A stretch of DNA of 64,000 bases, taken from positions 10,947 to 74,946 of IMG/VR virus record IMGVR_UViG_3300025000_000078; one strand, 5' to 3'. The DNA comes from a virus. The position numbers and the translations under genes were made by a program. Below the pieces are notes generated by a model. It saw only the letters and a list, made by a program, of their open reading frames with translations. It had not been told where the DNA came from and did no database searches. Positions 43,019 through 53,543 of the stretch are shown piece by piece. Each line of letters starts with the position of its first letter. Positions within the stretch are counted from its first letter, which is position 1.

Positions 43019-43642
43019 ATGCCTAATCGTGTTGGGATATCTTTATTATCCCGTGAAAATAAAGCATTAGCTTTACCGGAAGAGGTAATGATTCATAAAT
43101 CTACAGGGCAAATTTTAGTTAAAAATACATCTGGAGATACCATTTCATTTGACTTTCTAGCACGAATAAAAAATCATATAAATACAACTATTCTCAGATG
43201 TTCTAATTTAAATATTGGTGGAAATATATTTATATTAGAATTAGATAATATTGAATTACCTAATATGATTGTATATGATGTAAATATTTTATCAGCACCA
43301 TTAATAATTCATGAAAATAAGGGTTCTGCTAAAACATTAATATCAATTGATTTAGATTGTGTTGAATTATCTGACATAACAACTTTAACAGGATATGAAC
43401 CTACTGTATCTATACAATTTATATTTAAAGATAATATTAATCCAGATAAAATATTTAATGTACATTATTCTATAACAGATTTAAACAATACTGTTATAAA
43501 TCATAATGATTTTCTAACTATTAATGAAAATTTAGAAGACTATACTATCTCATTAAATGGTATTACTATAAGTAACAATATTTTAGATATAGGAGATAAA
43601 GTTATAAACATTCTATACAGTATTTTAATTGTAAATGAATAA
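43019..43642 (+). CDS. Hypothetical virion protein
   Basis: Late promoter at 42980-42991 and RBS. Confidence 0.65.
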   Translation: MPNRVGISLLSRENKALALPEEVMIHKSTGQILVKNTSGDTISFDFLARIKNHINTTILRCSNLNIGGNIFILELDNIELPNMIVYDVNILSAPLIIHENKGSAKTLISIDLDCVELSDITTLTGYEPTVSIQFIFKDNINPDKIFNVHYSITDLNNTVINHNDFLTINENLEDYTISLNGITISNNILDIGDKVINILYSILIVNE

Positions 43643-43667
43643 AATAAAAAGGAGTTGAATATAATAT

Positions 43668-44003
43668 ATGCCCCCAATACTTAAACAAATAGGGGTTTTA
43701 CAAAATATTAATGCTAGTTTAATTGATATTTTAAAAGCATTTGTTTTTGCTGGTATTGATGTAAAAGAACACAACCCTAATACTAATTATATGAAAGGTG
43801 ATTTAATTATTAAAATAAATTCATCAACATTAAAATATGAAGTACTACAGTGTAAAAATGATAACATTATAGGTGAATTTAATACTATTAATTGGGGTAT
43901 AGCAGATGTTAATCATAATCTTTCTATAAATAATATTGCTGTTCTTTCAAATGAACAACCTACTGATGAAAATAATCAAATTTGGTTCCAACCACTTGTT
44001 TAA
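43668..44003 (+). CDS. Hypothetical virion protein
   Basis: 111-aa ORF with RBS. Confidence 0.6.
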   Translation: MPPILKQIGVLQNINASLIDILKAFVFAGIDVKEHNPNTNYMKGDLIIKINSSTLKYEVLQCKNDNIIGEFNTINWGIADVNHNLSINNIAVLSNEQPTDENNQIWFQPLV

Positions 44004-44135
44004 AGAATAAAATAATTTGAAAATATAAAGACTGTTGTTAATAAATTAACAACAGTCTTTATATTATATTTTTTATATACTAATTAAAAACAATTATATA
44101 ATAAATTTATTAACAAGGGGGTATTGAATTAAATT

Positions 44136-44669
44136 ATGTTTAATTTTTTTAAAAAAGAGCCATGTGACCTAATGGAACATATATTTTTTTATAACATTAA
44201 CTATTGGGTTAATATTGGTATTGACAAAATTCCCATTACCAATCCTATAAAAAAAAGAGTCGTTAGTAAATTTTTAAAAATTAAATTTTTATCATATGAT
44301 AGACATCTAAAGCATTTTATTAATAATAAAATAGGTAATAATACAAGAGAGTGTGATATAGTTGAAATGCAAAATTTATTGATTGAAATCGTCAAAGATT
44401 ATGAAGATGAAATTAAAAAGAAAGGTATCCCTGAAATATTTATAGAAAAATTTAAAAAACTTCATGAAAGTAATCTCCAGATAATATTTGATGCAATTGG
44501 TTCTATTTGTACAAGTAAATTTTATGATTCATTACAAGAAAAAATGGCAGCTATATTAGATGTATTATTATTTTCATTTAGGGTTACGTTTACAGATGTT
44601 GAACAAACTATTAATGAATTAAATGGGGAAATAGAAAGTGTATTAAAAGGTTCTATTTTTGATATTTAA
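44136..44669 (+). CDS. Hypothetical late protein
   Basis: Late promoter at 44089-44100. Confidence 0.65.
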   Translation: MFNFFKKEPCDLMEHIFFYNINYWVNIGIDKIPITNPIKKRVVSKFLKIKFLSYDRHLKHFINNKIGNNTRECDIVEMQNLLIEIVKDYEDEIKKKGIPEIFIEKFKKLHESNLQIIFDAIGSICTSKFYDSLQEKMAAILDVLLFSFRVTFTDVEQTINELNGEIESVLKGSIFDI

Positions 44670-44679
44670 AAATTAAACC

Positions 44680-45189
44680 TTGGAGGTTTTTATGGAAAAT
44701 TTTAGTATTGATGTATTTTTACAGTATGGAGTTCTTGGGATTATAGCTTGGGTTTTTCTACAAATGGTTAGTAAACTTTTTAACTCCCAATTAGAACAAT
44801 TTAAAATGTTACTTGATACTATAATTGAAAAAAATGATAAACCAGTAAAAGACATTGAAGACAGTATTTCATTAATACAACAGATGATGAATAATCATCA
44901 AAAATACCTAATGGAAAATATACATAATTTGACAGATAAGATTAATAGTTCTATAAATGAAAAAGACGATATTTGGAAATTATTTATGAATCATGAACAA
45001 CAAACAATACAACATACACAAGATATCAATGAACGTTTAAATGAATTTAGAATACTTTTAAGTAATATTGAAAAAAGATATAATAATAAAATATCATGTG
45101 AAAAGTTAGAATTTTTATTAACTGAAAAAACATCATTAACACAATCTAACATAAGAGATATAATTGATAATGTTAAAAATAATGAATAA
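44680..45189 (+). CDS. Holin-like membrane protein (single N-terminal TM plus coiled coil)
   Basis: FLQYGVLGIIAWVFL followed by a coiled coil; BhlA/UviB-like architecture. Confidence 0.5.
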   Translation: MEVFMENFSIDVFLQYGVLGIIAWVFLQMVSKLFNSQLEQFKMLLDTIIEKNDKPVKDIEDSISLIQQMMNNHQKYLMENIHNLTDKINSSINEKDDIWKLFMNHEQQTIQHTQDINERLNEFRILLSNIEKRYNNKISCEKLEFLLTEKTSLTQSNIRDIIDNVKNNE

Positions 45190-45231
45190 AAAAATATGAT
45201 AAGATGGATAAAATACCATCTTATCATATTT

Positions 45232-45489
45232 TTATTTTTTAATTAAAATGAGCCTATTATTTAAAAGTGATTTTTCTTTACAATTTTCAAGATTGTATTG
45301 AGTTACAACTAAACTAGTTTTATCTAATAAATGTTGTATTTCATTTGATATATTTTCATCTGGTATCTCTTTATAATCTAGTGATTTCATACATAAATCA
45401 TAAATCCTACATTCTTCAGGATGACAACTTTCATCCCATATTAAACAACTTGACATAATAGCTTGTCTTAATTGACCATTTGTAATCAA
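45232..45489 (-). CDS. Small Cys-rich protein
   Basis: Cys pattern paralogous to 15041-15304. Confidence 0.55.
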   Translation of the reverse strand: MITNGQLRQAIMSSCLIWDESCHPEECRIYDLCMKSLDYKEIPDENISNEIQHLLDKTSLVVTQYNLENCKEKSLLNNRLILIKK

Positions 45490-45519
45490 TTAAACATACC
45501 TCCTCTCTTTTATGTAATT

Positions 45520-45735
45520 TTAGTATTTTGAATAAAAATCATTTTTATCCCAATATTTAATAATATCATCTCGATTGTATATTTTTTCACCATCGATTAT
45601 TTCATAAACATAAGACGTATTATTTTCACTTTCAAAATAAGCTGTTAACATTGCTTGATTTAAATTGTCACTCTCTATTTCACCTTTAACATAATATCTT
45701 TTATATTTAATAGTTATTTTTTTCATAAAAATCAC
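45520..45735 (-). CDS. Hypothetical protein
   Basis: 71-aa ORF with RBS. Confidence 0.55.
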   Translation of the reverse strand: MIFMKKITIKYKRYYVKGEIESDNLNQAMLTAYFESENNTSYVYEIIDGEKIYNRDDIIKYWDKNDFYSKY

Positions 45736-45758
45736 CCCTATAAAAATATTTACTTTAA

Positions 45759-46033
45759 TTATTTAATACTAGAAATCCATGCCATACTGGAACTTGCTTC
45801 TTTAGTATCCCACTCATATCTTACTATAATTATAGAAGTCTTAGTCTTAATTATATAAATTTCAGTATAAAATTCCCAGTATAAATATTCATTAAATCCC
45901 TGTTTTTCTTTATGTTTAGTTACTGATAAAACTTCTAAAGGAACATGATTATATCTATTTAGAAGTTCTTTTACTTTAGTTGGTAAAAAGTATATTCTTA
46001 TTTTTTTATATAAATCTTTTAAAAACTTACCAT
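45759..46033 (-). pseudogene. Frameshifted ORF of about 90 codons
   Basis: AAGGAGG RBS then ATG GTA AGT TTT TAA; one extra T in the T5 run opens the frame to a TAA near 45759. Confidence 0.5.
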
Positions 46034-46036
46034 TTT

Positions 46037-46396
46037 CTAATATTCCTCCTTTAAATGTGGATATTCAATATCAAATACATCTTTATTATACAAATCCTTT
46101 TTAGCACAATCTTTACAAAAAGGATACTCTTTTTTAGTAACCTTATGTATTAATCTTATATCAGTCGCAACTTTACATACAACACATTCTTCAAATAACA
46201 AAATATTTTTACTTTCTATTTTTGTTATATCAATTTCTTCCCGACAAGTAAAATATTTAGTATCAAATAAACTAATATGTTTCTCTTTCCCATTTATTAA
46301 TTTCATACTTAGAATGTGATTAGGTGAATTAAATTCAGTTACTAAAAATGTTTGTATTAAACCATTTTTCCAATAAATCGTTAACATTTTTCTCAT
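46037..46396 (-). CDS. Hypothetical protein with CxxC...CxxC
   Basis: CVVC...CKDC motif with RBS. Confidence 0.6.
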   Translation of the reverse strand: MRKMLTIYWKNGLIQTFLVTEFNSPNHILSMKLINGKEKHISLFDTKYFTCREEIDITKIESKNILLFEECVVCKVATDIRLIHKVTKKEYPFCKDCAKKDLYNKDVFDIEYPHLKEEY

Positions 46397-46411
46397 AATT
46401 ATTTTCTCCTA

Positions 46412-48538
46412 TTATTTCTTAGTATGTTTTAATGACATCTTAGGAATTGTTCTTAACTTATAATTTTTAACTGCTTCTTCCATAAAATAATTATGGATAT
46501 TAAACCCGTTATTTACATTATTCTTCAATAAAGAATATTTCCCTTCTTTATCCATAATATATGTATTTATATTATCTTTAAAATAATATGTTAATATAGA
46601 TAAAGCCTTTATTTTTATGTTTTCTTCCTCTAAAGGAATTAAAATTTCTACTCTTCTATCTAAATTTCTAGTAAGTAAATCAGCACTTGACATATAAATA
46701 CCTGTATTATGAAAATAATACATACGACTATGTTCTAAATATCTACCTATTATACTTCTAATAGTTATATTCTTATTAATAGGTTTCATAGAACAAATTC
46801 CTCTACAAATAATATTAATCTTTACTCCATTCTCAGATGCAAAATATAATTTCTTTATTATATCTTTGTCAGATAAGGAATTTAATTTTAATGTAATACA
46901 TGTTTTCTTTTTATTTTTAGCTTGTTTAATTTCATTATCTATCAAGTTATGTATTTGTTTTCTTAAATTATACGGAGCAAAATATAATTTATTAACTGAT
47001 GTAGAAGGTTCTGAAAACCCTGATAATATATTAAAAATATATAACAAATCTTCACCTATTTTTTGACTAGAAGTAAAATATGATAAATCTGTATAAATTT
47101 TACATGTTCTATCATTATAATTACCTGTACCTAAATGAGAATATATTTTTAAACCTTTTTTAGTTCTTTTAACAACAACTATAAACTTACAGTGAGTCTT
47201 CAATTCGTCTATACCATAAATTAATCTACACCCAGCTAATTTTAATTTCTCTATTAGTGATATATTTCTATCCTCATCAAATCTAGCTTTTATTTCTAAT
47301 AATACACTAACTTGTTTACCATTTTTAGATGCTTTACATAATGCTTCAACTATAGGTGAATCTATTGATGAAACTCTATATAAAGTTTGTTTAATAGCAA
47401 CGATATTATCATCAATAGAAGCATGTTCAATAAATTTTACTATTGGATCAAAACTTTCATATGGGTGGTGTAATAAAATATCATTACTATCAATAGCTGT
47501 AAACATATCGTGTTCACCTATTAATTCTTGTGGATATTGAGATTTAAATTCATCATATTGTAAAATCTGATTTTTAATTGGCATATCTATAAGAAATGAA
47601 TAGTCTAATATGTTTTCACTTTTAAATAAATGACTTTTATTTACTCTAAACATTTTTACTAATATTTTTATCACTTGTTTAGATAAATTGTTTGTTACTT
47701 CCATAAATACTGGCTCACTATTATATTCTCTTAATAAAAGAGTTGATTTCATTCTATCCACAATATAAATATCTCTATCATGTTCCATTTCAATATTAGC
47801 TTCTTTTAGAATCCTCATACATCCTTTATTCAAAATATTTTTATTAACAAATATTTTATTTAAAAATGTAAAAATAATATCTTCAAGAAGTATATATTTA
47901 TCACATTCATCATCATTTTCAACTTTATACAATCTTTCAAGATGTTCTATTGGTATTATAGAAATAACTTGAAGATTTGTATTATATTTATCTTCTAATG
48001 ATACAATTATATTTAGTTGTTTAGATTTAATTGGAGGAAATTCTTTAGTTGTATCATATGACATTGGTGTTAAAAGAGGATATATGTTTTTATTAAATAA
48101 ATTTTCTATATACTCTTTCTCCTTCTTTGTTAAGTTATCATATTTACAAATATGGATATTATTTTTATTTATATTTTTTAATAAATCTTTATAAGTAATA
48201 TTTTGTAATACTTGATAATCCTTTATAACATCTAGAACTTTTTCATACTCTTTTTCATGACTTAATCCAGATATGTCATTATTTTTTTCATTAATAAGAT
48301 TATTAATTAAAGATGAGAATCGGACCATAATAAAGTCATCTAAATTACTAGAAGATATACCTAAAAACTTTAATCTTTCTAATAACGGTATTTCATTTCT
48401 AATACTTTGGTGTAAAACTCTTTTGTTAAAATCTAACCAACTTAATTCTCTATTAATATAAAAATTAGGTTTATTGAAAGAATTGAATTGTTTTATTTCA
48501 TTATTTAAAAAGGTTGTAAAATTATTATAAATATTCAA
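46412..48538 (-). CDS. ppk1: Polyphosphate kinase 1
   Basis: NRELSWL.FN.RVL, LHHPYESF, KQTLYR, ARFDE..N, KTHCK (phospho-His), GTGNYN, GRYLEHSR, RNLDRRVE. Confidence 0.95.
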   Translation of the reverse strand: MNIYNNFTTFLNNEIKQFNSFNKPNFYINRELSWLDFNKRVLHQSIRNEIPLLERLKFLGISSSNLDDFIMVRFSSLINNLINEKNNDISGLSHEKEYEKVLDVIKDYQVLQNITYKDLLKNINKNNIHICKYDNLTKKEKEYIENLFNKNIYPLLTPMSYDTTKEFPPIKSKQLNIIVSLEDKYNTNLQVISIIPIEHLERLYKVENDDECDKYILLEDIIFTFLNKIFVNKNILNKGCMRILKEANIEMEHDRDIYIVDRMKSTLLLREYNSEPVFMEVTNNLSKQVIKILVKMFRVNKSHLFKSENILDYSFLIDMPIKNQILQYDEFKSQYPQELIGEHDMFTAIDSNDILLHHPYESFDPIVKFIEHASIDDNIVAIKQTLYRVSSIDSPIVEALCKASKNGKQVSVLLEIKARFDEDRNISLIEKLKLAGCRLIYGIDELKTHCKFIVVVKRTKKGLKIYSHLGTGNYNDRTCKIYTDLSYFTSSQKIGEDLLYIFNILSGFSEPSTSVNKLYFAPYNLRKQIHNLIDNEIKQAKNKKKTCITLKLNSLSDKDIIKKLYFASENGVKINIICRGICSMKPINKNITIRSIIGRYLEHSRMYYFHNTGIYMSSADLLTRNLDRRVEILIPLEEENIKIKALSILTYYFKDNINTYIMDKEGKYSLLKNNVNNGFNIHNYFMEEAVKNYKLRTIPKMSLKHTKK

Positions 48539-48651
48539 ATTAATTACCTCCTAATAATTTTATTTATATATTAATACTTCATTGTTATAATATATAAATA
48601 AAAAGAAGATAACTAATATTAGTTATCTTCTTTTATAAAATAATCATTTAA

Positions 48652-49029
48652 CTATTTTTTATGTATTTCTAGTATGTGGCACCATTTAAAAAATCTATCA
48701 CCATAATTTGTTGATATATTTACACCTCTCCAAGTAATAGCTTTTACAATACCATGACTTAAAATATTATTATATTTATAAATAATTATGTCACCTAAAT
48801 TTACTTTTTTTCGAATTAAATCACCTCCTCGATCCGTAATATAATCACAATAAATGTTTTTAATTATTTCATATTCTGCATATTTTATTAAATCTATTTT
48901 GTCTTCTTTTAAATTAATATAAAATTGTTTTGGTATACTTAAATGTGTTTTCTCATTAACTTTAACTTTTTCAATCAAATCAGTAAATTTTTCACCATAT
49001 ACAACTTCTATTAATATCAATATAAACAT
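48652..49029 (-). CDS. Hypothetical protein
   Basis: 125-aa ORF with RBS. Confidence 0.6.
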   Translation of the reverse strand: MFILILIEVVYGEKFTDLIEKVKVNEKTHLSIPKQFYINLKEDKIDLIKYAEYEIIKNIYCDYITDRGGDLIRKKVNLGDIIIYKYNNILSHGIVKAITWRGVNISTNYGDRFFKWCHILEIHKK

Positions 49030-49074
49030 CCCCCTTATACAAAATTAATCTATTGTATATAATCAAATAAATTT

Positions 49075-50319
49075 CTAGTTTTCTTCATTAAATCCATATA
49101 CATCAAACATTAATGTATTTATATACAAGACATTTACATATATTATTAATCTATATGTTGAATATATATTAACATTTTTTGTTATTAAAATCAATGTATT
49201 AAAATCAATATCATATTCCCCTATATCTTTATTTAACATTTTATTATCCATCATAACAGAAAACTTTAATATTGTTTCTAATGGAACTCCATGGGTTAAA
49301 CAATATTCAATAGATGTTAATATACTTTTATTTAATACTTGTTTTATATCCATTAAATCTGGTTGAATATCACTCTCAACTTTATACAAAGGATATGCAT
49401 ATAGAGTCCATCCAGTAGGAATTTGTTCAGTAAATAAATTACTAATTGTAAACATAGGTATTATTTGATTTTTATTATCAATTATGGACATATCTGTTTG
49501 AGTTATAACTCCTGAACTTTGTGTTACATAGTAATACAATCCTGCACCATTAAATTCTGTTGAAATTGTAAATGTTGTTGCATAAGAATCTGAAACCATT
49601 CCTTTTTTACTTCCATCATCAATAGTTAAACTAGAAAAAGTTGTATCTATATTAACAGGATAAAATCTAAAAAATTCATCATTAGATGAAGCATTTTTTA
49701 CTTTATATGTCACTGGAAATATAGACACTCCGTTCATATAATCTAAAAAAGTTTTAACACTTCCATCTGGAGTATATAGTTCAATTCCTATATCTTTAGC
49801 TAAAAGTTCCATAAGACCTCTAGGAATATAACTTTCTAAACATGTTTCTAAAAAAAATGGTTTATCTTGTCTTATCCTATTTTTTAAATAATTAGCTTGA
49901 TTCAATTGTTGTATCTGTGTATCTGTTATTATTGTTACATCAAAATACATTTTTATACGATTTAATAAATACTTTATATACACACCTTTTTTTCTATCTT
50001 CAATAAATGGTTGTAAATTACTAAAATCAATATCAAAAAAATTATCTGTAATTCTAGTAGTTAAGTATGTTCCGTAAAGAAATGTATCACTATCATCTAA
50101 TTCTATTCTTGGTTTAATTATTAATATAGGTTTATTCTTTTTTATAAATTCTTTATTTGAATTTTGAAATATATTAAATTGTTTATAAGCTATAGATGAA
50201 CTAATATGAATTGTTTTAAAATAATTTGGAGTAAATAAACTTCTAACAAACTCTGTCATAAAAGAAGTAATATTACCAAAAGTGTGCGCTAATGATGTTT
50301 GAGCCATAGCGTATTCCAT
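49075..50319 (-). CDS. Putative virion structural protein
   Basis: 414-aa ORF with a late promoter at 50348-50359. Confidence 0.65.
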   Translation of the reverse strand: MEYAMAQTSLAHTFGNITSFMTEFVRSLFTPNYFKTIHISSSIAYKQFNIFQNSNKEFIKKNKPILIIKPRIELDDSDTFLYGTYLTTRITDNFFDIDFSNLQPFIEDRKKGVYIKYLLNRIKMYFDVTIITDTQIQQLNQANYLKNRIRQDKPFFLETCLESYIPRGLMELLAKDIGIELYTPDGSVKTFLDYMNGVSIFPVTYKVKNASSNDEFFRFYPVNIDTTFSSLTIDDGSKKGMVSDSYATTFTISTEFNGAGLYYYVTQSSGVITQTDMSIIDNKNQIIPMFTISNLFTEQIPTGWTLYAYPLYKVESDIQPDLMDIKQVLNKSILTSIEYCLTHGVPLETILKFSVMMDNKMLNKDIGEYDIDFNTLILITKNVNIYSTYRLIIYVNVLYINTLMFDVYGFNEEN

Positions 50320-50411
50320 AAATTAACCCCATTTCTTTATAATATATTAACTGATTGTTTTTGATAAAAATTAAATGAAAAAAATAAAGGTGAAATAAAT
50401 CTCACCTTTAT

Positions 50412-50789
50412 TTATCTCAAATTTTTAATATTAAAGTTTTTCTTAATATAATCGACTTCTGGTGAAGGTTGGAATTCCCCTTTAGGGATATATATTGCTA
50501 TCATATCTCTACCATTTGGGTCCTTAGAAGAAATAGTAACAACATACTTCATATTAACATCAAAGTTTGTTTTACCATCCTTCTTATAAATAATACTACC
50601 GTTTTTGGGTATGATTAATGTTACTTTGTCCCTAACTAATAGATACTTATTAAATCTCATAGGGTCATTAGTAACTCTAATTAAATACTGATTATCTATA
50701 TCAATATTGTTGATTACATGCTCTAATTCATCCTTACTTAATTCGGGTGCCCTTTTCCCGATTATTCCAATCAGTCGGGCGACCCTCAC
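50412..50789 (-). CDS. Hypothetical protein
   Basis: 125-aa ORF; may start upstream at an in-frame ATA after AAGGAGG. Confidence 0.6.
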   Translation of the reverse strand: MRVARLIGIIGKRAPELSKDELEHVINNIDIDNQYLIRVTNDPMRFNKYLLVRDKVTLIIPKNGSIIYKKDGKTNFDVNMKYVVTISSKDPNGRDMIAIYIPKGEFQPSPEVDYIKKNFNIKNLR

Positions 50790-50900
50790 CTCCAGTCGAA
50801 TCTTCCTAAAGTATCCTCGCTTTATTGGTATCTCCTCCTTAAATTTTTCTTACTTATTACGCAAATAATATATAAATATAATGTTAGAATATACGATTTT

Positions 50901-51080
50901 TTAGATATTATTAAATTCATATAGACCAATGATTTGATCTTTTAATAGATTAAAGTCATCATTAAATAAACCATCATTTCTAGAAATAAACATGGATGTC
51001 ACTGGGTTAAATGTCTTATTGAAGGCTTTTATATGTTTTTTAGACTTCAAGGATATGATATTTAGGATATCTCCGTCAAA
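50901..51080 (-). CDS. rpoC: RNA polymerase beta' N-terminal subunit, exon 4 (FDGD...)
   Basis: Starts TTT GAC GGA GAT after the terminal G at 51081 and completes NADFDGD. Confidence 0.9.
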   Translation of the reverse strand, partial: FDGDILNIISLKSKKHIKAFNKTFNPVTSMFISRNDGLFNDDFNLLKDQIIGLYEFNNI

Positions 51081-52160
51081 CCTAGAGTAATGTATTTTCA
51101 TACATTAGAGACTATATTTTCATCCTATTATAATTTATAATAGGAGCTATGCGCTTCCCAGCTAACCCACAAATTAGCCAGTACTCCACTTATTCATATT
51201 TAATATATTCTATTATATATGAATTTGGGATAGTCGTTATACCTTCTTCTATTAATCTATAAAGTTTTTTATAATTTTCATTAATTGCTTTATCATAGAT
51301 TTCTTTACGTTTATTTTCATCTAAGTAAAACACATAATGTTCCTTTATTTTACATGGCATTCGTAAAGCATTTTTTACTTTATCTTTATTCATATCAATA
51401 AAATCACCAAATAATTTAGCACTATCACAGATATAAAATTTATCATCTTTGATTGCTATTATTTTATTAGATTTTTTTCTTTTAGTTTCAGCAGTTTCTT
51501 TTAAACCCTTATGAGATTCAGACATCTCTTTCTAACATCATTATTGAATATTCTTCTTTTATCTAAATTTGAATTGTATCCTTTATTATAGTCAAGTGAA
51601 TCATATTCTTTTATATAATTGATTTCTTTTTCAGATAATTCAATTTCACTAAAACAATATTCAAGAATCTCATATTCAAAGTTTTCAAACCCATATTCTT
51701 CAATAGCTCGGGCTATTGGATAATTGGCCTCTTTCCAACTATTTCTATGCTTACTTATTCTTTTTCTAAAATTAGTGGTTCGTCCAATATAGATTTTATC
51801 ATTAATCTTATTTCTTAAAAGATAGACCACACCATATGGTTTAATTTTAATATCTATTGTTAACAATTTTATAACCTCCTTTCTTTTATGTTGTTTTAGC
51901 AATTAAATTATAGATTATAGATTAATAGAAGCTTGGCACGGTATTACCTGCTATCCATATTCCAGGACCGTAGGTTCTCTTAGAAAGTGTATTCGCTTAT
52001 GGACATGTCACATAGACAAGGCTTGTAATTGTCATACAAGCAATCTTATTTAACTTTTACCGTTAGCAAGTAATAATAAAATATTACTTACACCGCTTGT
52101 TAGGCGTTCACATAGAACTCGCTATATCATTACTGATACGCCGGACCTCGACTTAGATTG
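51081..52160 (-). mobile_element. Group I intron (beta' intron 3) with GIY-YIG remnant, family B
   Basis: P1 CGGAU/GUCCG; CTAACGGT (P), AATACCGTGCCAAG (Q), TAACGACTATC (R), AAATATAGTCT (S). Confidence 0.88.
51190..51866 (-). pseudogene. Frameshifted GIY-YIG/NUMOD3 homing endonuclease
   Basis: GVVY...IYIG...R domain (51501-51902) and the NUMOD3-like MSESHKG part (51190-51525) join with one added nucleotide near 51527. Confidence 0.8.
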
Positions 52161-52274
52161 ATCCGCATTTAAAACCTTCAATATTTGTATGGGTAAACTC
52201 ATTGTATATTCATCAGTAATACTATTTTTAATATCAACTATCTTCATTAAAAGCATACTTCCGAAATTAATTGT
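52161..52274 (-). CDS. rpoC: RNA polymerase beta' N-terminal subunit, exon 3
   Basis: TINFGSMLLM...LKVLNAD, 38 codons. Confidence 0.88.
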
Positions 52275-53311
52275 CTAAAGGTTCACATAGGTCGTTACTC
52301 TATGCAGTTCTCTTATGAACTTCCCTAACTCTCATTAGGATACCAGACTATATTATCATCTTTATATAAGTTATAAAGAGACACCTATTTCGATTTAAGG
52401 GAATTTCACCCACTCACTTGAGCCCTACTCCTGTTGTACATTTCAGTACTTAAAGGATAGTCGTTGAACTTTTCTTATACTGTTCAGTATTTATATTTGT
52501 TTGTAATATGTGACCATCTTTCCTTTCTTTTAATTTTACCAATAAAATTTTTTAACAGAATATCTGATTTTTTATCATATTCTGTAAAATTTAATCTAAT
52601 TAATTTAAGTATTTTATCAACAGATTCATTACACACTAATAATTTACAAATAAATTTAACAAGCTTTTCAGTATAAATTGAAGCAAAATGTGCTTCACCC
52701 TTATATTGCCAATGTAACCCCATTTTAACTGCATGTCTGATATTATCACCATGAGTTGACCATTCTAGATTTTTATAATAATTATTTCTTTTAATTCCAT
52801 TTTTATGATTCACTTCTATTTTGTTTAAATCATCATTTTTTACAAATTCATAACAAACCAGTCTATGAATACTAAATTGTCTTTCTTTAATAATTTCTTC
52901 CCCTGTTTGTAATGCAAGTCTATAGTATCCAGCTGAACCTAATTGTTGTGATAAAATATGGTCCCAATTTTTATTTTTTATTCTACCATGATCTGATATT
53001 TGATAAAGATTATTTTTAACACCTGGATAGGTAACATCTTTCCATACTTCAGTTCCTATTTCTATAAAAACTTTCATTTGTATCACCTCCTCCTAAAGAA
53101 TTAATTTAAAGATGTCATGTTTATTGAACAGTATTAAGTTTAGCTGCGGATCACTCAATCCTAAAACCTTATTACTATACCTTGGTTGATTAGTCCAAGC
53201 CATTAATATATCACTATATTAATTTAGTAGTTTTAGGCTCTAAGAGCTTCCCCGACAATTAAAGTGTTGTTTTCTTCACTATAAATCACTCTATAGTGCC
53301 CCACAAAGTTT
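52275..53311 (-). mobile_element. Group I intron (beta' intron 2) with HNH ORF, family A
   Basis: P1 CCCU/GGGG; splits NRNP|T, the equivalent of beta' NRAPT. Confidence 0.9.
52484..53086 (-). CDS. Intron-encoded HNH homing endonuclease
   Basis: EVWK...SDHGRI, HRLV, VNHKNG.K.NN...NLEW.T...N..HA. Confidence 0.9.
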   Translation of the reverse strand: MIQMKVFIEIGTEVWKDVTYPGVKNNLYQISDHGRIKNKNWDHILSQQLGSAGYYRLALQTGEEIIKERQFSIHRLVCYEFVKNDDLNKIEVNHKNGIKRNNYYKNLEWSTHGDNIRHAVKMGLHWQYKGEAHFASIYTEKLVKFICKLLVCNESVDKILKLIRLNFTEYDKKSDILLKNFIGKIKRKERWSHITNKYKY

Positions 53312-53543
53312 AGGGTTTCTATTGATAAGAACTTTTGGTTGCCATTTCTTTAATAAATATTTCATTATTTCATATAGTTTATTATTATAAACTATACTTC
53401 CTTTATACCAATATTCATATGCTTCATTCTCAGAAATATCATTTATTTTAGAAACATGAGTTACTATCTCATATTTATATAATTCTAAGAATGCTAAATA
53501 ACCTAATTTAATTTCATTTGCTTTTAATACAGGGTCGGGTATT
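53312..53543 (-). CDS. rpoC: RNA polymerase beta' N-terminal subunit, exon 2
   Basis: IPDPVLKANEIKLGY...VLINRNP, open for 77 codons. Confidence 0.88.

Noticed and set aside
7347-52676. Short plus-strand ORFs at 7347, 31696 and 52464, and other antisense ORFs within long genes
   Set aside because: They lie antisense to intron cores or real genes and have no RBS or motifs.
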